Of a stretch of 64,000 nucleotides of DNA, positions 44,482-52,956 are shown piece after piece; the first letter of the stretch is position 1, and each line of letters opens with the position of its first letter. The position numbers and the translations under genes are program-made. The notes under the pieces are model-generated. The model was not told the origin of the DNA and made no database searches. It saw nothing but the letters and a program-made list of their open reading frames with translations. This stretch comes from Synechococcus sp. (GTDB lineage Bacteria; Cyanobacteriota; Cyanobacteriia; PCC-6307; Cyanobiaceae): contig JBJBCN010000003.1 of NCBI GenBank assembly GCA_047285805.1, positions 480,001 through 544,000 on the forward strand, given 5' to 3'.

Positions 44482-44644
44482 GTTGCGTTGGCTCTTGCTG
44501 ATCGGGATGGGCTTCGTCCTTGTGAAAGGGGTGCAGAACGGCTGGGTGGAGTTGCACTGGAACCGTCTCTTCCACGATGCCGGGGTGCCCTTCGTGCCGG
44601 AGCCAGATCAAGACCCGGCGGGCTCGGATGCGAAGCGCATCTAG
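44480..44644 (+). CDS. small putative membrane protein (54 aa)
   Basis: MLRWLLLIGMGFVLVKGVQNGWVELHWNRL hydrophobic N-terminus; fills the pdxA-SDR gap. Confidence 0.6.
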   Translation: MLRWLLLIGMGFVLVKGVQNGWVELHWNRLFHDAGVPFVPEPDQDPAGSDAKRI

Positions 44645-44654
44645 CGTTATTCCA

Positions 44655-45530
44655 TCACTTGGGACGGCTCCGCTCTTCGTCCCAGCTGGCGGCAAACCCC
44701 TCGCGGTAGGTGGGGTAGCGCAGGCGATAGCCCAGTTCTTGGCAGAGCAGTGCATTGCTGACCCGTCGGTTGTCCGCCCAGAAACTGAGGGCGATGGGAC
44801 TCATCGCAGCCTGGGCTTCCTGGAAGGTCCGTACGGCGGGCAATTTGCAGTCCAAGAGGTGGGCGGCATAGCCCAGGGTTTCGCTGGAGGGACAGGGCAG
44901 ATTGTCGCTGACGTTCACCACCGTTGGTCTGGCCTCAGCCGGTAAGTCGCAGCAGTGCAGCAAGGCGCCAACAATGTCATCTACATGGATCCTGCAGAAC
45001 ACCTGCTGGGGTTTGTAAATCACGCGAGCTGTGCCCTGTTTCAGTTGCTGGAAGGGACAACGGCCCGGGCCGTAGATCGCGGGGAGCCGAAAGCTTTGGA
45101 GCGGCAGAGCGCTGGCCAGCCAGCGTTGCTCGCACTGGAGCCGGGATTGGCTGCGACGTAGCCCAGGTTGAGTGGGGCTCTCTTCATCGGCCCATTGGCC
45201 TTGGGTGTCGCCGTAAACACCCGTGGTCGAGAGGTAACCCACCCAATCGAGCGGTTGTTGCTGCAGAGATGCACCGAGCAGGTTGTAGGCGTCGTCCTCG
45301 CCGTCCCCATTCGGAGGCAGCGTGATCAGGACATGGCTCAGGGCCTCGGGCAGTTCGGGGATGGTGCCCGAGGCCGCATTGAACCGGAGCCAGTACCGCT
45401 CCTCCTGAGCTGACCGTGAGGTCAGCCAGACCTGGGCTCCCCGGGCCCTTGCCGCTGCAGCAAAGCGCTGACCGGTGTATCCACCGCCGATGACTAGTAC
45501 GCGGGAGGAGGGCTTGACACCACGACTCAT
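44655..45530 (-). CDS. extended SDR/NAD-dependent epimerase-dehydratase family protein
   Basis: IGGGYTG, YLSTTGVYGD, RLPAIYGPGR, RIHVDDI. Confidence 0.88.
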   Translation of the reverse strand: MSRGVKPSSRVLVIGGGYTGQRFAAAARARGAQVWLTSRSAQEERYWLRFNAASGTIPELPEALSHVLITLPPNGDGEDDAYNLLGASLQQQPLDWVGYLSTTGVYGDTQGQWADEESPTQPGLRRSQSRLQCEQRWLASALPLQSFRLPAIYGPGRCPFQQLKQGTARVIYKPQQVFCRIHVDDIVGALLHCCDLPAEARPTVVNVSDNLPCPSSETLGYAAHLLDCKLPAVRTFQEAQAAMSPIALSFWADNRRVSNALLCQELGYRLRYPTYREGFAASWDEERSRPK

Positions 45531-45534
45531 TATG

Positions 45535-45548
45535 AGTACACCTGTATT
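45535..45548. promoter_or_regulatory. candidate cyanobacterial LexA box
   Basis: AGTACA-CC-TGTATT imperfect palindrome in the 34-nt gap between divergent genes; TTGACA at 45514-45519. Confidence 0.5.
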
Positions 45549-45564
45549 ACTCGCTGGCTGATCG

Positions 45565-45795
45565 GTGGCCTCATCCTGCTTCCCCGCCCCCCTCGTGTCC
45601 TCCTTCGTCGCTCAGGCGCCCGTGCGCGTGCGCCCCAGGCGGCGTCCGCGGGTGGGTGTGGAGCGTCGTCTGGTCGGCTTTTCGGCTTTTGCGCTGATGC
45701 TGGTTTCGGCGCTGCTGCTCGCTCCGGATCAGCCCGAGGCCCAGGCGGAGATCTGTCAGCGCCACAACGGTGCGGCGGCTTGTCGGATCTGGTGA
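45565..45795 (+). CDS. small hypothetical membrane/secreted protein
   Basis: 76 aa, TM segment then C-terminal ICQRHNGAAACRIW with two cysteines. Confidence 0.65.
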   Translation: MASSCFPAPLVSSFVAQAPVRVRPRRRPRVGVERRLVGFSAFALMLVSALLLAPDQPEAQAEICQRHNGAAACRIW

Positions 45796-45796
45796 A

Positions 45797-46210
45797 CTAG
45801 GCCGCCTGCAGGTAAGGCTGGATGGGGTTGAATCCGGAGTCCGTGGCGGCTGACTTGGGAATAGCCCCGGGGCTCGCCCACTGCAGCAGGCGCAAGGCCA
45901 GGCGCAGATCGCCGTCGGTCCAGGCACGAATGGCCATGGCTCGCCGAGGGTCATAAAACCGCTGCTGCCGGTACCACTCGAAAGCGTCGGCGTCGCTCTT
46001 GCGACCGTTGCAGGCCAAGCAGGCGGGGACGCAGTTCTCGGTCACGCTCAGTCCGCCGCGACTTTGCGGAAAGACATGATCAATGGATTCAGAAGGTTTG
46101 CCGCAGTAAATGCATGTTTTCCCTGTGTAAGTGTGGAGGGATTGTCTCCACCGACGAACTCGAAGTTTGGGGCACAAGTCTTCAAGGAAAACGGCATCCC
46201 TGCTGTGCAT
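45797..46210 (-). CDS. HNH endonuclease domain protein
   Basis: CIYCG...SIDHVFPQSRGG...NCVPACLACNGRK. Confidence 0.9.
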   Translation of the reverse strand: MHSRDAVFLEDLCPKLRVRRWRQSLHTYTGKTCIYCGKPSESIDHVFPQSRGGLSVTENCVPACLACNGRKSDADAFEWYRQQRFYDPRRAMAIRAWTDGDLRLALRLLQWASPGAIPKSAATDSGFNPIQPYLQAA

Positions 46211-46378
46211 CCGAATAATTCGGTTGCTGCGAGTCTGGCCTGAGCGGCTTGGATGTCAATGTGTCGAACGATGCATTTTGCAAGGCTTATTGCAAGTGTT
46301 GCGCCGGCTCCACTCTTCGCTAAATTATGAGTTGCTGCCCCAGCTGCGACGGCCCAGCAACGCACCGCGCGCTGTCTG

Positions 46379-47953
46379 ATGCGGCTGGGAGCATCGGGCT
46401 CCATCGAGTTAGTGCTGCCGTTTGATGCGGTGACCCAGGCCCAGCTGCGGGCGGTGCGTCCGCGCGGGCACTGGCGCTCCAGGCAAGGCTGCTGGGAGTT
46501 CCCCCTGGAAGCGGCTCTGGTGTTGCGTCAGCACTTCGGCCAGCGTTTTGCGATGGAGGAGCCGCTGCCGCAGTGGTGCCGCTGGCTGGAGCAGCCTCTG
46601 CCCCCATTGCCGCCCCACCGTGAGCTGATTGCCATCGCTGAACTGGCGGATCCCCTGCCAGATGGTCGGGTGCTCTTCGCGCATCAGCGCGCCGCGGTGC
46701 GTTGGTTGTTGGCTCGGCGTGGAGCCGTGCTGGCGGATGCCATGGGGCTCGGGAAAACCTTGACCGCCTTGGTTGCCGCTCGCGCGATGGTTCGGGCGGC
46801 GGATTGCCACGTGGTGGTCATCGCCCCATCGGGCCTGCATCGCCATTGGAGGCAGGAGGCGGCGGCCCTGCAGCTGCAGATCACCTTGCTCAGTTGGGCG
46901 TCGTTGCCGGACGACTTGCCTGAGGCGGGTACGGTCCTGATTGCCGATGAGGCCCATTACGCCCAGAACCTGAACGCTGCGCGAACCCATGCGTTTCTGC
47001 GCCTAGCGCGCCATCCGCGGCTGCGGGTGGCCTGGCTTTTGAGTGGGACGCCGATGAAGAACGGCCGACCGGCCCAGTTGTTTCCCCTGCTCGCCGCCAT
47101 TGGGCATCCGCTGGCGAAGGATCAACGGGCCTTTGAGGAGCGCTACTGCCTCGGCCATTGGCATGAACGCTCTGGCACACGGCAGTGGAGTGCCACCGGG
47201 GCGACCCATCTCCCTGAGCTGCAGCGTTTGGTGAGGCCACTGCTGTTGCATCGGCGCAAGCGGGATTGCCTGGATCTCCCCCCAAAGCGGCGGCAGATGC
47301 TGCCCGTCACCCTGACCGAGGCGGAGGGACAAGGGTTCCAGCACCGTCTGCAGCTCAAGGTCGAGGACTATCGCCGTCGGGCGGCGGCGGGCCTGGTGCG
47401 CCGGGATGCGGAGGCCTTGGCCGTGCTGACTGCCCTTCGGCAGATCGGCGCGGAATACAAGCTCCCTGCCGCTACGGCCCTGTTGGCGCGCTTGCAGGCC
47501 GAGGGGCAAGCGGTTGTGGTCTTTACCGCTTTTGTGGCGGCGGCCCAATTGCTGCAGCAGCACGTAGGCGGTGCCCTGCTGACCGGACGTCTGGCGGCGG
47601 CCGAGCGGCAGGGTGTGGTCGATCGCTTTCAGGCGGGGGAGGAGCAGCTCTTGATCAGCACCTATGGGGTAGGGGGCCTGGGCTTCACCTTGCATCGCGC
47701 CAGGCATGTGGTCCTCCTAGAGCGCCCATGGACCCCCGGTGACGCCGAGCAGGCGGAGGATCGCTGTCACCGCATTGGCATGCAGGGCACCCTGGAGTGC
47801 CATTGGCTTCAACTTGGGGTGGTTGATCAGTTAGTAGACGGCTTGATCGCCGATAAAGCCGAGAGGATTGCCTTGTTGCTTAGTCGCGGTCAGGCCCAGT
47901 TGGATCGCCAGCCGTTCCCGCGGATGGTGCAGCAGCTGCTCGATCACTGGTGA
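46379..47953 (+). CDS. SNF2-family (SF2) helicase/ATPase
   Basis: LADAMGLGKT, IADEAH, LSGTP.KN, GLGFTL, QAEDRCHRIG. Confidence 0.9.
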   Translation: MRLGASGSIELVLPFDAVTQAQLRAVRPRGHWRSRQGCWEFPLEAALVLRQHFGQRFAMEEPLPQWCRWLEQPLPPLPPHRELIAIAELADPLPDGRVLFAHQRAAVRWLLARRGAVLADAMGLGKTLTALVAARAMVRAADCHVVVIAPSGLHRHWRQEAAALQLQITLLSWASLPDDLPEAGTVLIADEAHYAQNLNAARTHAFLRLARHPRLRVAWLLSGTPMKNGRPAQLFPLLAAIGHPLAKDQRAFEERYCLGHWHERSGTRQWSATGATHLPELQRLVRPLLLHRRKRDCLDLPPKRRQMLPVTLTEAEGQGFQHRLQLKVEDYRRRAAAGLVRRDAEALAVLTALRQIGAEYKLPAATALLARLQAEGQAVVVFTAFVAAAQLLQQHVGGALLTGRLAAAERQGVVDRFQAGEEQLLISTYGVGGLGFTLHRARHVVLLERPWTPGDAEQAEDRCHRIGMQGTLECHWLQLGVVDQLVDGLIADKAERIALLLSRGQAQLDRQPFPRMVQQLLDHW

Positions 47954-48326
47954 GGCGCAGGCAGTTGCGCCGGCGCAGGTCGATTTCATCGCGCATCAGC
48001 GCGTCGACCGGGTGCTTGCCTTGCTTCACCAGGGCGGCGGCCTTAAGGCTGTCGCGGCAGGCTTCCTGAGGCATGCCGGCCAGCTTGAGCAGTAGGGCCC
48101 GTTCGTTCCGCGGTTGAGGATGAGCGGGGAACGCCTCGACCACGGCATCGCAGTGCTTGAGCAGTGCGGGCAGACGATCGAGATTGACGCCACGCAGGCA
48201 GTCGTCGACCCTCGTCTGGGTTTCGCCAGGTTCAGGTGGAGAACTGCAGCTGCTCAGGGCGATCCAGAGCAAACCCGCCCCCAGGGACGGCGGTAGCCAA
48301 GAGCGGCCCTGGGATCGGGTTGCCAT
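47880..48326 (-). CDS. hypothetical lipoprotein-like protein
   Basis: LLWIALSSC lipobox-like segment, Cys-rich; 3' end overlaps the helicase by about 70 nt. Confidence 0.55.
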   Translation of the reverse strand: MATRSQGRSWLPPSLGAGLLWIALSSCSSPPEPGETQTRVDDCLRGVNLDRLPALLKHCDAVVEAFPAHPQPRNERALLLKLAGMPQEACRDSLKAAALVKQGKHPVDALMRDEIDLRRRNCLRLTSDRAAAAPSAGTAGDPTGPDRD

Positions 48327-48331
48327 CAGCC

Positions 48332-48814
48332 TTAGTAGGCGTAGCGATTCACGTTGCCGCCACCGGTGTTGCTGGTGCCACTGGTGATCCCCGTGCTGGC
48401 GCCGGTGCGGTTGGTGCTGTCGGGATGGGTGGACTGGCTCTTCTCCTCAGCCGTATCAACAGCTTTGACGTAGAGGTCGCCGAGGTAGCGCCCGCAGTCG
48501 TTGTATTTACCTGGATCGGCCACGATGGCTTCAGTGATCATGACGGCCGCGTGCTCTGGGGAGGTCTTGAACACCGACGCGCTCTGGCGCTTGATCACGG
48601 CATAGGCAGCTTTCCAGCTCACCTCGTGGTTGTTGCCGCTGCTGCGCATGAAGCAGTAAATCTGCGCGCCTTTTGCGCCGGTTTCGTTGCCAGCCAGGGC
48701 AGCGCTCGGCAGTGCGGACCAGCCCAGGGCAGCAAGCGGAAGGGCTGCAGTCAGCCGAAGCAGCCGGCCGTTGCGGGACAGGGGGAATCGCATGCCGAAG
48801 CAGGAGAAAGGCAT
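48332..48814 (-). CDS. hypothetical exported protein (picocyanobacterial type)
   Basis: signal peptide then GAKGAQIYCFMRSSGNNHEVSW...TSPEHAAVMITEA; start 48814 or 48793. Confidence 0.75.
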   Translation of the reverse strand: MPFSCFGMRFPLSRNGRLLRLTAALPLAALGWSALPSAALAGNETGAKGAQIYCFMRSSGNNHEVSWKAAYAVIKRQSASVFKTSPEHAAVMITEAIVADPGKYNDCGRYLGDLYVKAVDTAEEKSQSTHPDSTNRTGASTGITSGTSNTGGGNVNRYAY

Positions 48815-48865
48815 TTGGTTACCCACCGTATCGATCGTTTCCCTCTGGATCCAGGGGCCGATCAA

Positions 48866-49390
48866 TCAGCTGGCAGGGGGTGGAATCTCCCCGTGGCCCA
48901 GCAGCAGCCGCACCGCCAGGGGAAGCACCAGTAGCACGGTAATCAGACGAACAGCGTGGAGGGCGGCGACGGCGGCGCCAACGCCAAATTCCGCGCCCAC
49001 CAGGCTCATCCCACTGATGCCCCCTGGCGCTGCCCCGAGGAGGGCAATCAAGGGGTCCATGCCCAGCAGCCGGCTGCACCAGAGCCCCACCACTAGCCCT
49101 GTCATGACCAGGGTGAGGGTGATCAAGAGGGCCGGTCGCCAGAGCTGTTTCAATTCACTGAAGGCCGTCGCGGTCAAGCTGGTGCCGATCACTGTGCCGA
49201 TGCCTATTTCGAGTGCTGTTCGCGTCCCCAGGGGCCAATCGGCGGCCTCGAGCTTGCCGCTCATGCTGACGAGCCCCGCTCCAAGGAGCGCGCCAGCGAG
49301 GGGTGCCGCAGGTATCTCCGTGCGCAGAGCGAGCAAGCCGCCACCGATGCCCGCGATGAGGTAGGCCAACAGGTGGAGGCTGGACGGCAT
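48866..49390 (-). CDS. AbrB-family (ammonia-monooxygenase-like) membrane protein
   Basis: IPAAPLAGALLG, IGIGTVIG, LLGAAPGGISGMSL, HAVRL. Confidence 0.85.
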   Translation of the reverse strand: MPSSLHLLAYLIAGIGGGLLALRTEIPAAPLAGALLGAGLVSMSGKLEAADWPLGTRTALEIGIGTVIGTSLTATAFSELKQLWRPALLITLTLVMTGLVVGLWCSRLLGMDPLIALLGAAPGGISGMSLVGAEFGVGAAVAALHAVRLITVLLVLPLAVRLLLGHGEIPPPAS

Positions 49391-49486
49391 CGCTGGGCTG
49401 CCTCGGTGTGTCCTCAGTCTGCTTGCTGGCTTGGACTTGAGAACTGCCCAGAGCTGTGGTGTCATCGGGCCAGTTGAACCCTGGGT

Positions 49487-49777
49487 ATGGCTGGCGAATC
49501 GGTCTCGTTTCGCATCACTCGCACCACCGAGGACCTGGCTCAAACCGTTGCTGCCCTCTCGCAGCGATTGGTCAAGCTGGAACAGCGCCTCAATGCGATG
49601 GAGATGCAGCTCGATCAGGTCTCCGTTGGTGAGACGCCTGATCCTGAGGAGCTGAGCCGTCTCGACCATGTGGAGACGCTTTTGGCGGACTGCCGCAGCC
49701 TGCTGGAGGACGGTGCAACCGAGGAGGAGTTCCCCGCGTCGCTGAATGCTCACGAGGACGACGTGATGGCTGCATGA
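49487..49777 (+). CDS. hypothetical coiled-coil protein
   Basis: VSFRITRTTEDLAQTVAALSQRLVKLEQRL; host codon usage. Confidence 0.75.
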   Translation: MAGESVSFRITRTTEDLAQTVAALSQRLVKLEQRLNAMEMQLDQVSVGETPDPEELSRLDHVETLLADCRSLLEDGATEEEFPASLNAHEDDVMAA

Positions 49778-49797
49778 CCCCTTGCGCTGGGGCCACA

Positions 49798-50034
49798 ATG
49801 GAAAGAAAGCGAACTATGGCCTTCTCCAACAGCCATCGCTCTACTCCAGTTGCCCCGGCTGCTTCCGGAACGCCTGCCTGCAGCACCCGGTCGTTCGCCG
49901 AGGGCGATCATCAACTCGAGAAACTCGAGTTCGCCCTCGCCGTGGCCATCACCCGCGGGGATGCCTCAAGGGTGATGCAACTCCGCGATCAAATCGCAGC
50001 CCTGGGTGGCAATCGCGAGGAGCCAGGTACGTAG
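49798..50034 (+). CDS. small hypothetical protein
   Basis: QLEKLEFALAVAITRGD...GGNREEPGT; start uncertain (49774, 49798 or 49816). Confidence 0.6.
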   Translation: MERKRTMAFSNSHRSTPVAPAASGTPACSTRSFAEGDHQLEKLEFALAVAITRGDASRVMQLRDQIAALGGNREEPGT

Positions 50035-50133
50035 TCCTCGCTCGTGTTAGAGCGTTCGTTGTGTCAGAGCTGACCAGTTCTTTGGGGCTCGCTCAACGTG
50101 GCTACTAATATTTATTCGAGCAAGAGCGAATAA

Positions 50134-50340
50134 ATGCAAATGAGCCAGCAGGTTCCCGTAGCTGAGCGACGAGATGACTTGATGCGCGAAGCTGCGGCAT
50201 TTTCTGCTGCAGCTGAGCAGTCAGCTTCGAGCGGCGAGATTGAACAGTCAGCCCGTGAGATTCTGCGCTCCCTGGATTGTGAGCGTCGGGCCGGAAGTGT
50301 TGGCCCCCAAGTGATGCAGTTGATCAAGCCTCGTAGCTGA
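50134..50340 (+). CDS. small hypothetical protein
   Basis: ILRSLDCERRAGSVGPQVMQLIKPR. Confidence 0.65.
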   Translation: MQMSQQVPVAERRDDLMREAAAFSAAAEQSASSGEIEQSAREILRSLDCERRAGSVGPQVMQLIKPRS

Positions 50341-50376
50341 GGTACGCGCCTCTGCAGGCCTAACGATCAGAAAAGA

Positions 50377-50448
50377 AGCGGATGACCGGGCTCGAACCGG
50401 CGACGTTCAGCTTGGGAAGCTGACATTCTACCACTGAATTACATCCGC
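50377..50448 (-). tRNA. tRNA-Gly (anticodon CCC)
   Basis: GCGGATG/CATCCGC acceptor stem, TCAGC-TTCCCAA-GCTGA anticodon arm, GGTTCGAGCC T-arm. Confidence 0.96.
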
Positions 50449-50502
50449 AAATTGATAGTTAACCTCCAAAATTTGGACGCTAACTAACTTGAATCATCGT
50501 AG

Positions 50503-50530
50503 CAACGGAGCCCCGAGCGGGGCTCCGTTG
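50503..50530 (-). terminator. strong hairpin just downstream of the aminotransferase (no clear U-tract)
   Basis: CAACGGAGCCCCG-AG-CGGGGCTCCGTTG perfect 13-bp inverted repeat. Confidence 0.6.
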
Positions 50531-50542
50531 TGGTCGGCTGCT

Positions 50543-51694
50543 TCAGCTGGCCAGGGCGGCGGCGCAGGCGGCGACACCGGCACCTGGGGTGCCGGTGTTC
50601 AGACCGAGCTCATGGAGCGTGGCTTCAATCGCGGCGACGGCGGTCAGTACGTCCCGATCACAGACGAAGCCCAGGTGGCCGATGCGGAAGACCTTGCCCT
50701 TGAGGTGGTCTTGGCCGCCGGCTAAGAGGATGTCAAAGCGATCTTTGACCTTCTTGCGGAGGCTCTCGGCATCGATCCCGTCGGGAGCCACGGCGGTGAT
50801 GGCGGGGCTCCCGCAGCCTTCGGCGGCATAGAGGGGCAGTCCAATGGCCTTCATACCTGCTTGGGCGGCAGCCTGATGGCGGGCATGGCGGGCAAAGATC
50901 CCTTCGAGGCCCTCGGCCTCCATCATCTCAAGCGCAGATTCGAGCGCGAAGTAGAGGTTGATCGCTGGGGTGAAGGGGTTGCTGTTGGCCTGGGCCGATT
51001 TCCGGTACTTGCCTAGATCCAGATAGAACTTTGGCAAATCCGAGCGGCCGTATGCCTCCCAGGCCTTGTCGCTCATGGCCACGAAGGCCAAGCCCGGGGG
51101 CATCATGTAGCCCTTCTGGGAGCCTGATCCAACGATATCGATCCCCCAGGCATCCATGGGCACATTGCAGGCCCCAAGGCTGGTGACGCAGTCGGCGATG
51201 GTCAGGGCCGTGCCGTGGGCCTTGACGTGCTTGGCGATGGTCTCCAGGTCGTTGATGACCCCGGTGGAGGTTTCCGAGTGGGTCAAGATTACGGCCTTGA
51301 TGGCCTTGCTGGAGTCCGCCTCCAGGGCTGTGCGGAACGCTTCGGGATCCAGGGGAGAGCCCCACTCGGCCTTGATCACCTCCACCTTCAGGCCGTAGGC
51401 CTGGGCAACCTTCACCCAGCGCTCGCCAAACTTGCCGTTATCGCCGCAGAGGACCTTGTCCCCTTTGCTCAGCACGTTGATGATTCCGGCTTCCATCGCG
51501 GCGGTGCCGCTGCCGGTGATCACCAGAACGTCGTTGGTGGTCTGATGCAGCCACTTCAGCTGGGCGGTGGTGCGCTCGACGATCTTTTGGAAGTCCGCGC
51601 TGCGGTGGCCAATGGGGTGACGCCCCATCGACTGCAGGACGCTTTCCGGCACCGGTGTGGGGCCGGGGATCATCAGAGTCAGCTTGTCCTGCAT
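50543..51694 (-). CDS. class V aminotransferase (alanine--glyoxylate/serine--pyruvate family)
   Basis: LMIPGPTPVP, HSETSTGVINDL, DCVTSLG, GSQKGYMMPPG. Confidence 0.93.
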   Translation of the reverse strand: MQDKLTLMIPGPTPVPESVLQSMGRHPIGHRSADFQKIVERTTAQLKWLHQTTNDVLVITGSGTAAMEAGIINVLSKGDKVLCGDNGKFGERWVKVAQAYGLKVEVIKAEWGSPLDPEAFRTALEADSSKAIKAVILTHSETSTGVINDLETIAKHVKAHGTALTIADCVTSLGACNVPMDAWGIDIVGSGSQKGYMMPPGLAFVAMSDKAWEAYGRSDLPKFYLDLGKYRKSAQANSNPFTPAINLYFALESALEMMEAEGLEGIFARHARHQAAAQAGMKAIGLPLYAAEGCGSPAITAVAPDGIDAESLRKKVKDRFDILLAGGQDHLKGKVFRIGHLGFVCDRDVLTAVAAIEATLHELGLNTGTPGAGVAACAAALAS

Positions 51695-51791
51695 GGTGGT
51701 TGCCGAGGCGTGGGCGGAAGGCGATCGCTGCCCGTTGGATCGACAGCGCAATCGACCAACATAAAAAACGGACCTCATCCTTCTCTGCCCC

Positions 51792-52910
51792 ATGTCTGAG
51801 TGCGGCTACACCCTTCCGGTGTGGGTGGCGGCCGCAGCCGTGGCGGCCGTTCGGGAGCTGCGGGGGCAGCCCTTCGAAGCTCAGGTCCAGCTGTTCCTGG
51901 AGCCCGCTGTGGGCTGCTCCGAGACGGCGATTCCCGTTCAGGCGGCGGCGAGCTTAAGCCCAGAGCGGGCCTTGGCCACCAGTTGCTGTGATCCCGGGGA
52001 GCTTTTGGATCTCACCCGGGGGTTGCAGGTTTGGGTGGAGGCCAGCTGGACTGCGCCGGGTGCCGATGGGGATTGGTTGCATCTGCTGCCCGGGGCTGGT
52101 ATCGGGGTTCATGCGGCCTCTGGGGAGGCGTGCCTCTCGGCCTATGCCAGGCAGGTGCTGGAGGCCAATCTGCTGCCCCTGATGCCGGAAGGGCGGGGGC
52201 TGCGGCTGACGATCACCCTGCCGGAGGGGCGCCGACGGGCTGAGCGCACCAGTAACGCTGCCTTTGGTGTAGTGGATGGTTTGGCGCTTATTGGTACGCA
52301 GGCCTTGGTGCAGCGCAGTGCCGCCCCCGATCAACTGGCTCAGGCCCGCGAGGAGTTGGAGCTGCGCAGCCAGGAGCCGCTTTGGCGCGGGGATCTGGTG
52401 TTGGTCTTGGGGGAAAACGGCCTGGATCTTGCTCCGCAGCAGGGGCTGCCCCCGGCGCTGTTGTTGAAGGCGGGCAATTGGATTGGACCTTTGCTGGTGG
52501 CCGCGGCTGAGCTGGGAGTGAAGCGCCTGCTGTTGTTCGGCTACCAGGGCAAGTTGATCAAGCTGGCTGGGGGCATCTTTCACACCCACCACCATTTGGC
52601 CGATGGTCGCCTGGAGATCCTTGCGGCCCAGGCCGTCTACCACGGATGTTCGCTGGAGCAGATCCGATTGCTGCTGAAGGCTGCCAGCGTCGATGAGGCT
52701 TTATCGGCCCTAGCGGCGGATGACCCTGAACTGGCGGCGGGCCTGCAGCAGCGCTTGGCTGCCGTGATTGAGCAGCGCGCCTGCGCTTACCTGGCGAAGC
52801 ATCATCACAATCCTGAGCTGAAGCTCGGTGCGGTGCTGTTTGACCGCAGCCGGAGCATTTGCGCCCGCGGCCCTGTCGGGGCAGAGCTTCTGGAGGGCTT
52901 TCGGGCCTGA
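51792..52910 (+). CDS. cbiD: cobalt-precorrin-5B C1-methyltransferase
   Basis: GYTLPVWVAAAA, RTSNAAFGVVDGLALIGT, GKLIKLAGGIFHTH. Confidence 0.93.
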   Translation: MSECGYTLPVWVAAAAVAAVRELRGQPFEAQVQLFLEPAVGCSETAIPVQAAASLSPERALATSCCDPGELLDLTRGLQVWVEASWTAPGADGDWLHLLPGAGIGVHAASGEACLSAYARQVLEANLLPLMPEGRGLRLTITLPEGRRRAERTSNAAFGVVDGLALIGTQALVQRSAAPDQLAQAREELELRSQEPLWRGDLVLVLGENGLDLAPQQGLPPALLLKAGNWIGPLLVAAAELGVKRLLLFGYQGKLIKLAGGIFHTHHHLADGRLEILAAQAVYHGCSLEQIRLLLKAASVDEALSALAADDPELAAGLQQRLAAVIEQRACAYLAKHHHNPELKLGAVLFDRSRSICARGPVGAELLEGFRA

Positions 52911-52956
52911 GATCTAGGGTGATCTGAATGCCCGGGCCACAGATGCTGGCCGCTCC

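Noticed and set aside
49487..50448. Small ORFs downstream of tRNA-Gly as a mobile islet
   Set aside because: No att duplication or mobility gene; they look like ordinary small picocyanobacterial hypothetical genes.
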